Positions 51,163-64,000 of a DNA stretch of 64,000 nt are shown here, piece after piece; the first letter of the stretch is position 1; each line of letters begins with the position of its first letter. The DNA is from Eledone cirrhosa (taxonomy: Eukaryota): positions 98,084,001 through 98,148,000 of the forward strand of contig OZ024742.1 in assembly GCA_964016885.1 (NCBI GenBank). The letters are read 5' to 3'. Both the position numbers and the translations under genes were made by a program. Below the pieces are notes generated by a model. It was given only the letters and a program-made list of their open reading frames with translations, did not search any database and was not told the origin of the DNA.

Positions 51163-52975
51163 AATAATAGCTATTTATATAAATCTTAAGGTGGTCAACT
51201 TCTTGGATGTCACCTTCAACCTTAATAACGGTAATTTCACAAACTTAATGAAAATCTCAAGTACGTTAATGTAAAATCGAACCATCCCCATTCCATTATT
51301 AAATCTATCCCTAAAAATATATCCATAAGGCTCTCCCGAGTGTCGTCTAATTTGCTGACCTTCAACGAGCATGCTGAATATTATAATGACGCACTTAGAA
51401 AAGCTGGTTACTGCGAGAAAATAGAATATCTAGACGATAACCACATAAGTACTATGAACAAAACACATCTAAGTCGAACTAGTATTGCACCACACACACA
51501 CATCAATAGGCATACTAATAGGTGCAAACCAGCAAATAGAATCAGACGTAGAGAGTACATATGGTATAACCCCCGTGTACAATATTTCTATTAGCACTAA
51601 GATTATCTCACAATTCTATACACTAATCAATAAACACTTTACAACTTCACATACATACTATACAATCTTTAACTCGCGCACCATTAGACTCTCATACTCC
51701 ACTGCACCTAACATAGAACAACTAATTAAAAAACTCAACTCAGTAATACTAAATAAGTACATCCCTAATGACTCAGCGCACCAGCATAGCAACATACAAC
51801 GCACTAACACGCAACTACAACCCTACCAAACTATCCAGGATTCTACTGCAAAACATAAATATAATTGTAACTGGACCAAACCAGGTACGTGCCCACTGAA
51901 TAACCAGTGCCTAGCACGCAATATTGTCTACCGATGTACAATAAATTCCGGAATCAACAAATGGTATTACGTCGGATGTACCGCAACTTCTTTCAAAGCT
52001 CGCCTATACCAACATCGATCTTCGATCAGGCACGAGAAAATGCGCTCCGTAACAACCCTCGCCGATAAAGCCTGGCAGCTCCGGAGGAACAATCAAGCAT
52101 TCTCCCTTGATTGGCAACTTATTACAGCTGCGCCTGCATATTAGCAAAATCATCGATTCTGTAAATTATGCAATTTGGAGATATACTGCATTTTAACGTC
52201 GGTAAACAAACTTTTGAACAGTAAAATTGAACGTTCACTTTACTGTAACCATCGTTTGAAAACGACTTTTTCTTTTTTTAAATGCATATAATGTTACCTT
52301 TTTACACCACCGTTTGCAAATTTCTGTTTTAAATGTTTATACACAAGATATGGCTTTCTATAATAATAGTACTAAACACTGTTTTCTGGACCCCTTTAGA
52401 AATAACTTGCTACTATAATAGCCCCAATAACTTGTCTGTAACTCTGTACCACTTTGACCCCTTTAACTAAATTTTGTCCGAACAACACCACTAGAAGAAT
52501 TTACCTCCCCCGCCAGCCCTAACACGCCTCATTAAGCTAACTCCTGCCAAAACATTCTCTCCTTACAATCTCTACTAGTCTGACAGTCTTAAATCCTAGG
52601 ACTCCCTCCCCCTTACTCACTTCCCTCTTCCCCTTCTCTTCCTACCTCCTTCTTTCTCTTTTATCTAGTGTATAAAATATGTTCATATCATTCCAATACA
52701 AAGGTCTGACGACATGGTGTGTTTGCTTGCAGTGTACCTTCGGTTTATGATAATATTTTTATATTATTCAAATAGCGAGGTATAGGTAACCCATACACTA
52801 TAGAAACAATTGTTACCTAATAAATTCTTTATACCCGCATTTCCGTTTCATAAACTTCTCCATATTTTCTCCGGATTTTAAAACACACTTTATTATACGT
52901 TGAGCAATCTCCGACGTCGGTTGACTCCATCCAATGCAACTACTTAGTAACATTGGAATACAAATTTACTAATTA
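51160..52975 (+). mobile_element. 5'-truncated Penelope-like element (RT thumb, GIY-YIG, 3' UTR with HHR), a different clade from 1678-4938
   Basis: NLKVVNFLDVTFNLNNG, SNHP..IIKSIP, YNDALRKAGY, IWYNP, IRLSYS..PNI, CNW..CPL..CL..NIVYRC..YYVGCT..FKARLYQH, CKLCNLE. (TA)n on both sides. Confidence 0.9.
52702..52818 (+). ncRNA. Hammerhead with a large stem II insertion and palindromic stem III (GUU site)
   Basis: AGGT-CTGACGA-CATGGTGTGT..(~70 nt)..ATACACTATA-GAAAC(AATT)GTT-ACCT. Confidence 0.72.
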
Positions 52976-52990
52976 TATATATATATGTAT

Positions 52991-53100
52991 ATAGGAAAAG
53001 AGTCAGGACCACGACGGCTGAGCTCCGGCCGTTTCGACAGCTTCATCTAGCTGCCGAAACGGCCGGAGCTTAGTCGTCGGGGTCCTGACTCTGTTCCTAT
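52991..53100. repeat. GC-rich ~110-nt hairpin at the end of a (TA)n-embedded repeat
   Basis: ATAGGAAAAGAGTCAGGACC..CCGGCCGTTTCGACAGCT pairs with AGCTGCCGAAACGGCCGG..GGTCCTGACTCTGTTCCTAT. The segment 53095-53180 matches 12845-12923 in inverted orientation. Confidence 0.8.
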
Positions 53101-53191
53101 TACCCACTCTACTACCCTAAGTATCGAGTACTCTGGTGCGTTATGGTCCACCTGGTATCTTACGGCACCTTCTTTGTTATATATATATATT

Positions 53192-53332
<141 letters not shown>

Positions 53333-54216
53333 TTATGTATGTTTGTGTACGTATCTGTGAAAGGAAGGGAGAGAAAAGAATAAAATTCTGTCAAATATGA
53401 ACGTGAATTTTTCATTTATTTGCAGTAATCCTACCCGCTTTCAAGATTTGGTAATAATTGTAGGAATTACACATACAAAAACAGTCATTAACCAAATTGA
53501 TACAACTAATATCATACACTTGGCAATCGAATCAATCAAGAAAAATATGAAAATATATTGATGTATACACAAACCCACGCCAGTTTCACCAAAAGCCGAA
53601 CCGCTGGTATTAGTTACGTAAATAAATGCATGCTCCAACTCTCATTTGCGTCAGCAACTTGGAATCGGCATAAAGATCGTCTATGGACATTGTTCAGTAA
53701 ACAACACAGGAAAAATATTAGACATTTTTCAGGTATTCACCAAGCTGGAATTCACAAGCCCTGCACACTTTCGTGTGTTCAACATGAACTTGAAAACAAA
53801 TAGCTGTACCCCTGTTGAGCTGTCCAAAGTAGGCAGGTATGAAGAGAAGTAATTCACTCTCGTCTTCAACTTAAGCACTCCACAGGAATTACTATTAGAG
53901 GTAAATATATACATAAATTCCCGAAATCATATTACCATCAGGTATTTTGCACATATATAGTATTGTAACATTCTACCACGCACCATCTTACTCAACGCTA
54001 ATTAAATTGAATCAAACATCAGCGTGCTTCACATCAGTGGTGTAGTAGCAATATAGAACAAATTTATTCGTGGTATCAACAAAAAGTAATATGTCTAAGA
54101 ACCAATATATATATATATATATATATATACGTGGGAGTATGTGTGTGTATGTGTGCGTGCGCGTGTGTGCATGTATGTGTGTTTGTTTGGTTGTGTGTGT
54201 TCGTGCGTGTGTGTGT

Positions 54217-54268
<52 letters not shown>

Positions 54269-55945
54269 GTGTGTGTGTGTGTGTGTTTCCCCTGGAGAAA
54301 GAAATTGGAAGAAATCTACTCCTTTAAAAAACTAGTTCATTACTTAAGGACTACAACATTTGAACAGACTATTTGACCTCGCGAGATATACAGAGCAAAT
54401 AACACAAGGCAGTCAATACGACGCTGTAATGATTCTGTCAATTTGCCTGTTTTAGTGGCTACCGTAACAATATCCTCCAAATACAGAAGAGTGCATTTCT
54501 TTTGTGAAGATTAAATTACAGGCCCAAACGTTGTATCGCAAGTAATGTATCTGTTAGACAATGTGTCATGTTTTTGGTAAATGCTAGTAGAATTCATCCA
54601 TGTTTATCAAGTAAATATATATTGTTTGCTTTTCGTGCGGATCAATAAAGTCTTTACTGTAAGTTATGTTACAAGAGATACCATTAAAGCACTTCCATAA
54701 AACCATGACAGGTTTCAAACAGTGTACCACGAATTAAATATTAATGTTAGACTATATAAAAAATATTTTGGCGGAATCTAATTCTGAAAGAAATCATGAA
54801 GAAATACAAAATGGAAACATTGATATCGTGTGTGTATATTTTTGTTACAATCTGTAATTGATTTTAGGGTATTAATACATACAGGCCATTTTTTTTTCTT
54901 TTTTGATGGCAGGATTTATGTTGCAGAAAACGTAGCTGTTACATCGCGCCAGTTAGATTACATATGACAGCATTAGTATACTGTTGTTAACATTTTAACG
55001 TTTTGTTTAAAATTTCTCAAGTTTTATTTTATAATACATTTATAAAATAAGATAAAAAAGAAAGACAATGGTATACAGAAAAAATGATAGACAGACCTGT
55101 GGATGGAACAACTTCTACATTCTTGGATGGACGGATATATCTCCTCAGATGCCAAACGCAGACAATTTCGCGAAATATTAGTAGCGGAGGGCAGAGCCTT
55201 AGACATTCGTTACACCAGGCTTCAAACCTTATGGGGCTCTCTCTTCAGGCATAATACACTCATTACGATTTTGCGGAGGAAAATAGCAGTTTAGGAGCAA
55301 GATGGTGAAAGTTTTAGCGCAGAGAATAATTATCAATACCCACTTCATCACACATTCCACGTCTTGTGGCTAATTTCTTATGCATGATACATGGAAAAGC
55401 AGCTGCTAGGATACTGAGGACAAGTGAGAGACCATCTATTAAACTGTTCATTATTTGAATAATTATCATTTTGTAACTGAGGATATGACAAAGCAAACTC
55501 CCATCTCTCATAAGATCTAAAAACGTTTATCCGTTTCTGGATTTGTACAGTACACATATCTAGCAAGCAGTTAACCATTTCTGATGCGATGGTTCAATAT
55601 GATCCTCAACCAAGCCTCGGGTGTTTATTTTTGCAAAATTCTTAATAATAATATATTTTAGTATTGTACCTAAATAAAATTTTGATTAAATATTGCTCTG
55701 CAAAATAGAGATTTTATATTCTATAGAGAATATTTGAGGTGATATATGGTATATATATTATTGAAGTGAATTTTATTGTAATTCATTTTTATAATACAAA
55801 CACACACACGTACCCCCCCCCCCACATACACACACAAATACACACACACACACACATATATATATATAAATATACATATATATATATATATATATACATA
55901 TAAATACTTCAATTTTTCTGATTTTATCCAGTTTATCCAAAATCT

Positions 55946-56060
55946 CTGAAGAAGTGACAACTGATTATACATTTGCTATCGAATACTTGCTAACATTATA
56001 TGATTACGCAAGCAGCGATACATAGGTATTCCGTCTGTTACAGAAACATATGTCAATACC
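55946..56060 (+). ncRNA. Decayed long-stem-II hammerhead related to 52702-52818
   Basis: CTGAAGA-AGTGACA..TGTTACA-GAAAC(ATAT)GTC; stem I is poor. Downstream TACCTAATAAATTC..TTCTCCGG..CGTTGAGCAA matches 52814-52907. Confidence 0.55.
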
Positions 56061-56218
56061 TAATAAATTCCTTTTTAAAAAAAGCACTTTCATTTTATAT
56101 TCATCTTTTCTACATTTTCTCCGGAATATAATTTATACTCGTTGAGCAAACCTACACGTACGCTGTTCATCTCCAACGTAACGATATATTATCACTACAT
56201 TATAGATAACCTGAAATG

Positions 56219-56326
<108 letters not shown>

Positions 56327-57685
56327 ATATATATACATGTAAGAATATTTTCGAATATATATATAAATGCATACTTTTGGATACGTGTGTAATTGTGTGT
56401 CTTGAAATCAGAATAAAATTCACAACGAAATATTGAAAGGAACCCATACAATTGAAACATGATATTCTAAATTAATTATATTACTTTTATTGGCAGAATC
56501 ATTAGAGCGTAAGACAAAACATTTTACCATCCAACAGGTTAGCGGTGGATAAAAGAAATGTCGTTCAATTACTGGTATTAATTTAAATCGACCTCCAACC
56601 ACCCCACACAGTACAAAATTGTTTTGCCTACAGTAGAAATGATAGTTGATGCCAATAAACCACTATATATACATGAACATTGAGCTGATCAAGTGACACG
56701 GCACATGGTTTCATTGGTAATGAATATGATTCAAGAGAAACACACATAATTTGTTCAGCATGTTGGGCAGATTGATCAATATCTTCTTTTTCTAGCTGAA
56801 ATAATACAAATGTTATATTGCATAACGTTTTTTACGTGGAAGTAGCTTTCTGCATCATATGCTCACTCATATATATTGCTTCACATTGATACACGCACAT
56901 TATTACATACATATAGATACGTGCACATAATCTGAGAGAAGACCACAGTAGCTTCCGCTGTCACTCATTTATTCATATATACTAATGCACATTGGGAGAA
57001 ACAACGGCATGCATATAGATATACACACTCAATCTCATATATATATACATAAAATGACATTAATATCCCAAACAGGCACTAAGCACTAAGTACCCTCGGA
57101 AATATATATTTACGAGGGTACTTAGTGCCTGTGGGGATATTAATCTCATTTTCTGTAAATTCTCCCATGTGTAAATATTTAAATTATATTTTTTGAATTT
57201 ATTTTGAAAGATTGTTTGAACTCCACTTGTTCCGCTTATCTCAATTTTATAGTTCTGGTATGTCAAATTAATACCATTGAACAACTGTATCATAGAGACC
57301 ATTTATATTTCCGTGGGTACTTAGTACTTATGGGGATATTAATCTCATTTTATGTAAATCTTCCATGGGTAGAGAAAAAATCCGTTGTTTACCTAGCTGC
57401 TATTTTTAGTGGCGTGGCAGACACCACATCTATGCTACTACCGCTTCTAAAAACGACCAGTTCATGTGTAGGTCACGTTTACGGCCCCATTCGATCCTGC
57501 ACTAGCGGGCTGAAGGCAATATTTCTCTTTTTTCTCTTTTTTTATATCTCTCTCTATTTTCTCTCTCTTGTTTTTCTCTCTCTCTCTCTCTTTCTCCGTA
57601 ACCCAACGGCTTATTTAAATCTTCTCTTATTTAAAAATATCCAATACTAATTTACATAAAAGTATGAATAAATTTATAACCCCAC

Positions 57686-57838
57686 TATCCAGGAGCTTCC
57701 AACAGTAATGGTCGCATTCTTTAAGGGTTTGTCAATATTTATTTATAAAACTGCTCTATATTATATTTTATCTGATCAAAGCACACCATAATTTAACTTG
57801 GTGTCCTTGAAATATGTATAATGAAATAAATATGGTTT

Positions 57839-57848
<10 letters not shown>
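57686..57848 (+). mobile_element. Copy of the 49-kb HHR family; core mutated (CTGATCA, G8C)
   Basis: Near-identical to ~49142-49302; ends at (TA)n. Confidence 0.8.
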
Positions 57849-57869
<21 letters not shown>

Positions 57870-58146
57870 TTATCTCCAAATCACTGATTTGTCGAGCAAA
57901 CCTGCCAAAACCACTTCTAAATGTTTGGGGGTGTTAGTAGGCGTCAGTCATCTTACCATCCCATTCCTTCTAACTAGCCTCTGTGTCACGTGATTGATTC
58001 TTTAGAATCGGCCATTTGACTAGAAGCAGTGAGAATTTCAGTACATTGAATCCAGTCCTCGCCAGCTGTTCTATCTACCGAATTATTATTATTGTTATAT
58101 GAGCCGCCAGTGTCCGCGCATTGCCTGGAGACTCAACTGAGAATAG

Positions 58147-58228
58147 ACTCCCTGATGACGCAATGAATTCTCGACAGTTGGATTACGTAACTGTCTTTAT
58201 CCCATTGCAGAAACTAATTAGTTGGAGT
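58147..58228 (+). ncRNA. Type I hammerhead ribozyme (GUU site, extended stem II)
   Basis: ACTCC-CTGATGA-CGCAATG..[GACAGTT/AACTGTC]..CATTGCA-GAAAC(TAATTA)GTT-GGAGT. Confidence 0.82.
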
Positions 58229-58253
58229 GAAAATTTAAGTAAGTAAGTAAAAA

Positions 58254-58326
<73 letters not shown>

Positions 58327-59605
58327 ATACATTAACAGAGAAAGCTTTGAGCGATACTTTGACCAACTCCATCTCACTCAACAAACATTAGGATATTCCT
58401 AAATATAATCCCAATTTAGTGTTTGGGGTGCTAACTATACAGTATTCCATGGATAGATAGTTGTATTATTTTATATGAGACATAATTAAATAAATCTCTC
58501 TTTCCTACATTACGATCGTTTCGTTATAAGATTTCTACAAGTTGGGAAAAATAATGTCCAGGTTATGTAGAAACTTGTATAGAATCCATAGATATACACA
58601 CAAGCGGCCCCTTATAAACTCATCAGTGGATGCCCATACAATATCGATATAAAAAAAACTACATTGATATTAATAAATTAGTGATGGTCTCCGTCAGTGC
58701 TAAAAAGGAGAGCTAGATTCGAAAAGCCAGTAGTCCCTTCAAAAAGAAAATTCACACTGTCCCCAAAAGGTAAAGGGGAGGTCATCGTAAAATATAAAAT
58801 AACATACACGCTGGTCATTGAAGCCGGTTAGGTATTTTAAACACGTATTTAAGAACTCAATTGGATATATTTATTGAGATAAGCGGAACAAGTAAAATTC
58901 AAACAATCTTTCAAAATAAATAAAAAAAATATAATTTAAATATTTACCTATCCATATTGCTTTTACCGACGGTTTCGCCTCACAAAAGATTGTAATTCCG
59001 AGGGACTTCCAATGGAAAGTTCGGCTCTTCAGAAAGCATTTTCCCTTACATAGGACATAAAGTCCCACAGCCGGTAAATATATTGTCTTCAGCCAGCTAG
59101 TGCAGGATCGAATGGGGCCGTAAACGTGAACTACACGTGAACTGGTCGTTAGTAGAAGCGGGAGTAGCATAGATGTGTTGACGCAGAAAACCAGAATAGC
59201 CTCCTCTATTACATGTTGATTCATATCTACAAATGCACATTGAGAGACATATATGCATGCACGCAAATATACATATACAAACACGTTCATACATGCGCGC
59301 GCACAGCCTGTAAGAGGAGACAAAAAGAGAGGAGAAAAGTAATGAAAGCTCACTAGAAAGGACTCAAGAGTTCTATAGCATTGTCCAAGAGTTCTATAGC
59401 ATTGTCCATAAGTTATCATAGCTTCAATTCTATGGCAGCTGGTGTTTCCTTTTCACAGCTTCGATGTAAGAATGACATATGAAGCTCTTATCTTTCATTT
59501 GACAATATATTTGGAAAGCTATAGAGCCTACTTTACCTTTCATTCTACATATCAAGCTTTCTCACTGTCTGTGTATCTCTATCTTTCTCCCTCTCTCCCT
59601 CTCTG

Positions 59606-59637
<32 letters not shown>

Positions 59638-59739
59638 CAGAGAGGGAGAAAGATATGTGTGTGTGTATATATATAAATAAATATTTATATTTGTATATGT
59701 ATATATAAATACAAATATATATATATATATACATATACA

Positions 59740-59857
<118 letters not shown>

Positions 59858-60121
59858 GAGAGAGAGAGACGCAGAGAGAGGGGGAGAGAGTGAAAGTGCG
59901 AGCGGGACGTGGATAGATGTGTATAGAGAAGCACTCTATACATTTACACGTGCATATATATGTGTATGTGTGTACGTTTAGGTAAAAATGAATAACTAAT
60001 TGACTTTGTGCCCGTGTATGTGTCTGTGTATACCTGAGGTTTGGCATGTAAGCTGGTACATATGGTAATATCGCTATATCTAGCCACCGCATCCATATAT
60101 ATATATACACACACACACATT

Positions 60122-60152
<31 letters not shown>

Positions 60153-60160
60153 GTTATTTG

Positions 60161-60249
<89 letters not shown>

Positions 60250-60754
60250 AAGTGGTATATATATATATATATATATATATATACCACTTTATTTTAGGTC
60301 TTCCTTTTCTCTCAATTCACTATGAATCCCTAAACCCTGAGTAATTTTCTGTTCTGATAAATCAATATGATTGACAGGGAAAACCACTGGAGAAGAGCAA
60401 TCCTTCATAATAAAAACGAATTTACATAAAAACGTCAGCAACTTTAGAGAAACTTATTCATTGATGACAATATATGTCATACATTCGGTTTCTGTTGTCA
60501 TGAGCATATTACTCTATCTATCTATATCTGTGTATATATATATTATAATTGTTTCTACTATTGGTATAAGGCCAGCAATTATCCCAGTGTATTATGGTAC
60601 TTTATTTTATCGACCCCATTATAATGTTGGTTTTCTGATGGGCATCAGAAAAAAACACAGATAAATACGCTACTAGAGAAGAACCATATTTATTTTATAT
60701 TTAAATGACTTTTACTGGAACACACCTCTTTCATTCGTATGAAATCATTAGGCC

Positions 60755-60801
60755 ATTCCTGAGGATTTCATACGAATGAAACTGTTCTAATCCTGTAGAA
60801 T
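60755..60801 (+). ncRNA. Hammerhead of the 46-kb family, preceded by a short inverted duplicate
   Basis: ATTC-CTGAGGA-TTTC(atac)GAAT-GAAAC..GTA-GAAT. 60729-60752 is an inverted copy of the core and stem II. Confidence 0.68.
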
Positions 60802-60810
60802 TTATTTCTC

Positions 60811-61686
<876 letters not shown>

Positions 61687-61694
61687 TTGTGTAT

Positions 61695-61825
61695 GGATTC
61701 CTGATGATTTCTCCTTAATGAAACAGTTCTAGTCCTGTAGAAGCCATTTCTATATTTATACTCTGTTATGTATTGAGTACCTAACTTGCTCTGGTTACCC
61801 CCGATTGAACCCGGGATAAACTTAT
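61695..61825 (+). mobile_element. Truncated copy of the 46-kb HHR family
   Basis: GGATTC-CTGATGA-..-GAAACAG(ttctagtc)CTGTA-GAAGCC at 61695-61745. The tail matches the reverse complement of 45922-46005. Confidence 0.78.
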
Positions 61826-62149
61826 ATATATATATATATGTATGTATACAAAGTTAAAAGATTGCTCGGCCGTCCCAACTTGAGTTACACAAGTCTATTC
61901 AGGGGACATAAATGTATGACGTTTGTGTTTCTAACATGTGATCCGGTAGAGAGGTTTATTGATAGAATTTCTCAAGCGGTGGCCGAAATGCTTTGGTGGT
62001 CTTTATCTTCTGATTTCTAATCCCACCAAGGTCAATTATGCCTTTCATATTTCCAGGGTTCATACTTTATAATACTAGTTAATGACTGTTGAAGATATGT
62101 TCGACTTCCCCTCCACTCAATCTTCTGAACATTTATGCATATTTTAAAC

Positions 62150-62285
62150 AACTATTTCGACAATCATCCCGTCCGAGATAGGCTAGCTGATGTCGCAGGT
62201 ATTGCTGGGTCTTCTCCACGAAAAAGCCTTCACTCTTTGGAGTGTGGGGCCGAGCTGACATATGCAACATAAGCTGGAGTGTAAT
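62150..62285 (-). mobile_element. Possible decayed mariner transposase fragment (second-Asp region)
   Basis: LMLHMSARPHTPKS..F..LRH resembles LLHDNARPHT..HPPYSPDL. Confidence 0.4.
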
Positions 62286-64000
62286 GTCTGCGTCTCCCTC
62301 TCCTCTATCAATTACACTCACTATTTAATTATCTTTCTTGTCTTCCTTTTTCATTTATATTTAAATATGCAAAAGGTGATGAATTGTAAACGTTTTTGTT
62401 TTATTTAAATCAATTAATTCTACGACACTTTCGTTAGTTGGTATGGGATCTCAAATCCGGACACCACCGCTCACATTGCGGAGAAGAGTATGACAGCTAA
62501 ATACCGGGACCTGATTGACTGCTTTCATTTTTGTCACGCCAGTAGCCGTTGTAACATTGTGTGTTCTCAGTTGCGGAACTGCCTTTTTCTTACGCATAAT
62601 TTAGGGGAAGATACCCAGTGTGTTACTTTGGCCGATGTAACATAAGTGACTAGTTGTTCTCTTCCCCATGTTGACCGCCCACAATCTACCTTCATTTCGG
62701 AATTCACTTCCCATTCGTTTTGCTTTCTTTTTCGTAGTTTTTACTTTATATTGTATTAGATTTTGTATTTTTATTTCTCTGGGTGAAGATAATCACTTTC
62801 CTTTTTGTTTACTGTGTATGCATATAAAAAATATTAAAAAAAGGGTGGTAAGCTCCATCGTTAAATATTTGTAGTTTGTGGTTGCGTGGATTTAGGATAC
62901 TTGTTTGCACGAAATCAGGACTACGGCAAACTCATGTGTGAAGCTTGCAGAAAATTGAAATGGTGGTGTATTGAACATATCATGAGAATAGTAATAATGA
63001 TGACAGTTGTTTACGAAGTTGTACTTGGTGACTGTGAGTTAGATACTAGACTTATAGAAATGAGGCAAAGGAATAATGTAAAAGAGTCAGACTAAGTAAA
63101 ATACTTTAAAATCTGTAACTGCAACATTTGCAACACCAGAACTACCAACAACAATAGCATTAGCCTTTCTTACAACAGCAGCTGTAATAGCAGCAATACG
63201 ATCAACAGCAATACAAGCTACAATAATAACCACGGTCACGGCATCTACTACTACAGCTGACGTCCAGCAAAAGAAGAAAAACAGCAGCAGCAACAACACC
63301 TACAACAGCACAAACAGTAACAATGGCTTTAAAAACATCATCAAAATCAATATACAACAAGAATGGCATTAACAACATAAGACAATAGTTACAACAGCAA
63401 AAGCAGTAAAAACTATAACAACAACAACAACAATAACACAGATAATAACCGTAAAGAACATCAACACTGACGCTAAGAACAAGAACGATAATACTAAAGA
63501 TAAAATGACAACAACAATAATATTAACAGCAACAACACTGGCTATAAGAACAGCAATTACAATAACTAGAGTAAATGTAAAAGAGGGAAGGATGCAGCCC
63601 ATTCATTCACATTACTACACATTCATCACGAGTTACAGCACCAACTATGTTAGGATATAATTTAATAAAGCAGAGGAGGAGTTCAATCCATTGGTCATGA
63701 TTAAAACACGATAACACCACTAATGGTTAAATAGAGAAGCTAAGAATTATTTTAGCACACCCTCTATATCTCATTCTTCAACCGCAGCAACTGTGTTTTT
63801 CCACAGCCTAAGGCGGCGGTAGTGGCGAGAGAGTGGGGAGAGAAAAATTAGAGAAAATATTGAAACATAATATATGGCCACTTAGAGCCAAGATAGAGAT
63901 TTATCGCTGATTCGCACTAATAAAATTTAACAAACGCTTTGCAAGGAGGACAGTGGACTCTAAATGATGTTAAATGAATATAATCCAATATGATATAGCA

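Noticed and set aside
53560-55620. Faint CR1-like (QLSFASATWN, ~53630) and Gypsy RNase H-like (HISSKQLTISDAM, ~55555) peptide remnants
   Set aside because: Too short and degenerate to support without a search.

Overview
AT-rich, microsatellite-saturated eukaryotic DNA with no intact host gene that I can support. Most ORFs in the track are translations of (TA)n, (CA)n, (TAA)n or (CAA)n repeats. The tRNA-derived CORE-type SINEs resemble the octopus OR1/OR2 family, so a cephalopod (Octopus-like) source is inferred. Recognisable elements: a full-length but frameshifted Penelope-like element (PLE, 1678-4938) with terminal direct repeats; a near-intact R4/Dong-clade LINE with a restriction-like endonuclease in a (TAA)n tract (5071-8681, one homopolymer frameshift); a 5'-truncated second PLE; a non-autonomous Helitron; mariner, RTE, Tx1 and other relics; and many SINEs. 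The main hidden signal is about 20 type I hammerhead ribozyme (HHR) motifs, intact or decayed, in roughly 10 sequence families, found by eye on both strands. Most lie in short non-coding elements with partial-tandem or inverted terminal repeats, many bounded by (TA)n, as expected for retrozyme-like or non-autonomous PLE derivatives. One family has an extended, bulged stem I, and one of its copies carries a captured SINE in both arms of a fold-back. All structures were read manually; no folding or database search was run.
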